The notes under the pieces: generated by a model
What the model was told of the DNA's origin: nothing
The model's input: only the letters and a program-made list of their open reading frames with translations
Databases searched by the model: none
Part shown: piece after piece, positions 16,136 through 17,472 of the stretch
Layout of the letters: every line of letters begins with the position of its first letter
Position numbering within the stretch: position 1 is the stretch's first letter
NCBI GenBank assembly: GCA_046757025.1
Contig: JBHHXN010000113.1
Span: 1-17,472, forward strand
Direction of reading: 5' to 3'
DNA length: 17,472 bases
Source: a bacterium
Lineage (GTDB): Bacteria; Zhuqueibacterota; Zhuqueibacteria; Oceanimicrobiales; Oceanimicrobiaceae
Translations under genes and position numbers: made by a program

Positions 16136-17290
16136 TCAATCAAGATCCACAGCGTGCCGTAATTCTTCTTTTTTGACCGTTACCGACCCTTGAACTGTTG
16201 CTCCACACGATTCACGGATGATGAGCTTCGGTTTCAAAATGATGCGCCTGGGTGGGCTGCCTCCGTTAATTCTCTCGATGAGGGTCTGTGCGGCCAATTC
16301 CCCGATCTGTTCGGTAGGCTGCTGGATGGTGGTCAAAGGCACTTGGGCGATGCGGCCGCGTTTGATGTTATCAAATCCGATCAAAGCGACATCCTGCGGA
16401 ATCTTCAAATCTCTTTCAAGAATGGCTTTTTGAAAGCCTAAAGCCGAAAGATCATTATAAACAAACATCGCATCCGGCCGCTCCGACAGCTCAACAAAAT
16501 GTTTTCCGATCTCGTAGCCTGAATGATATTCGCGCCAACCGCCGCGGTCACTCAGTCGATAAACAAAATCTTCCCGATAAACTTTGCCATACTGCTGCAA
16601 CGCTCGCAGATAACCTTTTTTCCGCAGCTCACCCAGATGGTTGCCCACTTCGCCGTTGATGTAGCCAATTTTTTCATAACCAAGCTTGATGAGATGTTCC
16701 GTCGCCAAATATGCGCCAAACTCATGATCGCTGCCAACATAATTGATATCTTCATCTTCGATGTAAGAAATGACCACATAAGGAAAGCGTTCTTCCTGCA
16801 ATTTTCGAATGACCGCGGTGGCCTGCTGAACCTGCGTCATGGAGGCGATGATCAAACCGTTCACCTGAAGATTGCGATAGTGATTTATCTGGTATTCTTC
16901 CTTATCAATCTGATTGGAAGAAGTTGAAAGCAAAATGTTATATCCTTGTTCGGAAAGGACTTTTTCGATGCTGGGAATGAGAAGAGAGAAGAAAGGACTT
17001 TTCAAATCACGAAATACCAGGCCGATGGAAGCCTGCATGGAAATTTTCGGAGCCGTGGCTTTCGCCGCCACAAAAGTGCCTTTACCAACCCGACTGAACA
17101 GCACCCCTTCGTTGATCAAATCCGCCATGGCTTTTTTGATGGTGATCAGACTTACTGTATATTTTTGTGCTAATTCCTGTTGTGAACCTATGGGATCGCC
17201 TACCGTCAGCTCTCCATTCGCGATGCGTTTTTTAATGGCGTTAGCGACCTGGCGATAAAGAGGCGAAGGATTTTCGAAATCAATATCCAC
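16136..17290 (-). CDS. GntR-HTH + LacI/periplasmic-binding-fold transcriptional regulator (AraR-like architecture)
   Basis: N-terminal PLYRQVANAIKKRIANGEL..GDPIGSQQELAQKYTVSLITIKKAMADL..EGVL....GKGTFV (GntR wHTH). C-terminal LacI core: GAYLATEHLIKLG, RPDAMFVYND..ALG, IPQDVALIGFDN, PLTTIQQP, LIIRESCG. GTG start. Confidence 0.95.
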   Translation of the reverse strand: MDIDFENPSPLYRQVANAIKKRIANGELTVGDPIGSQQELAQKYTVSLITIKKAMADLINEGVLFSRVGKGTFVAAKATAPKISMQASIGLVFRDLKSPFFSLLIPSIEKVLSEQGYNILLSTSSNQIDKEEYQINHYRNLQVNGLIIASMTQVQQATAVIRKLQEERFPYVVISYIEDEDINYVGSDHEFGAYLATEHLIKLGYEKIGYINGEVGNHLGELRKKGYLRALQQYGKVYREDFVYRLSDRGGWREYHSGYEIGKHFVELSERPDAMFVYNDLSALGFQKAILERDLKIPQDVALIGFDNIKRGRIAQVPLTTIQQPTEQIGELAAQTLIERINGGSPPRRIILKPKLIIRESCGATVQGSVTVKKEELRHAVDLD

Positions 17291-17345
17291 GATAGATACC
17301 TTTCGAGGGGTTAAAACAGGTTTAATTTAGCGCACTATATCAAGG

Positions 17346-17372
17346 TTGGTATATTTGGTATATTAGGTATGC
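17346..17372 (-). promoter_or_regulatory. Tandem 9-bp repeats, candidate operator over the transcription start
   Basis: The + strand reads TTGGTATAT TTGGTATAT TAGGTATGC (17346-17354, 17355-17363, 17364-17372), starting 3 nt downstream of the -10 box. Confidence 0.6.
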
Positions 17373-17375
17373 CCT

Positions 17376-17404
17376 ATTATAACAAATGTGATTCAATATG
17401 TCAA
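17376..17404 (-). promoter_or_regulatory. Consensus sigma70 promoter
   Basis: Minus-strand TTGACA (17404-17399), 17-nt spacer, TATAAT (17381-17376), with extended TGn and an A-rich UP-like tract upstream. Confidence 0.88.
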
Positions 17405-17472
17405 GAACTTTTTTTACATTTTTGTTTTTTTAAAAAAATGATGATTCAGATGAAACCATTACTCAGCCTGTA

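Noticed and set aside
2277..16138. Alternative genetic code (TGA or TAG reassigned) to explain the in-frame stops
   Set aside because: TGA ends genes at 7192, 10105 (ATGA coupling) and 16136, and TAG ends the gene at 11136 right after a complete sorting domain. Long genes contain no such internal codons and use TGG for Trp.
100..17258. Plus-strand and alternative-frame ORFs in the track (e.g. 294-947, 4029-4511, 5912-6496, 15115-15600)
   Set aside because: They are shadows of well-supported minus-strand genes and have no recognisable motifs.

Overview
One co-oriented, minus-strand locus that looks like a SusD-less polysaccharide/nutrient utilisation cluster. The host is probably an FCB-group bacterium such as KSB1 or Calditrichota. 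That is inferred from a FlgD-Ig/T9SS-like C-terminal sorting domain together with canonical sigma70 and Shine-Dalgarno signals. Transcription order: consensus TTGACA-N17-TATAAT promoter with tandem operator-like repeats, GntR+LacI hybrid regulator, TonB-dependent receptor, secreted surface protein with sorting domain, outer-membrane beta-barrel, TolB-like propeller lipoprotein, metallophosphoesterase-TPR lipoprotein, 1024-aa uncharacterised multidomain enzyme, TolC-like gene, chimeric gene remnant, Gfo/Idh/MocA oxidoreductase, PKD lipoprotein (partial). The ORF track splits several real genes. The receptor has an in-frame TGA and a +1 G in a G9 tract, and the surface protein has a +1 G in a G8 tract. 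The TolC-like gene has in-frame TAG and TGA codons. A Tat-leader/DUF6807 fusion remnant has ATA where its start codon should be. Three 135-159 bp MITE-like elements (TAGTG...CACTA ends, 4-bp TAAT/TATT flanking repeats) carry different nested REP-like hairpins. All family calls come from motif recognition by eye; no searches were run.
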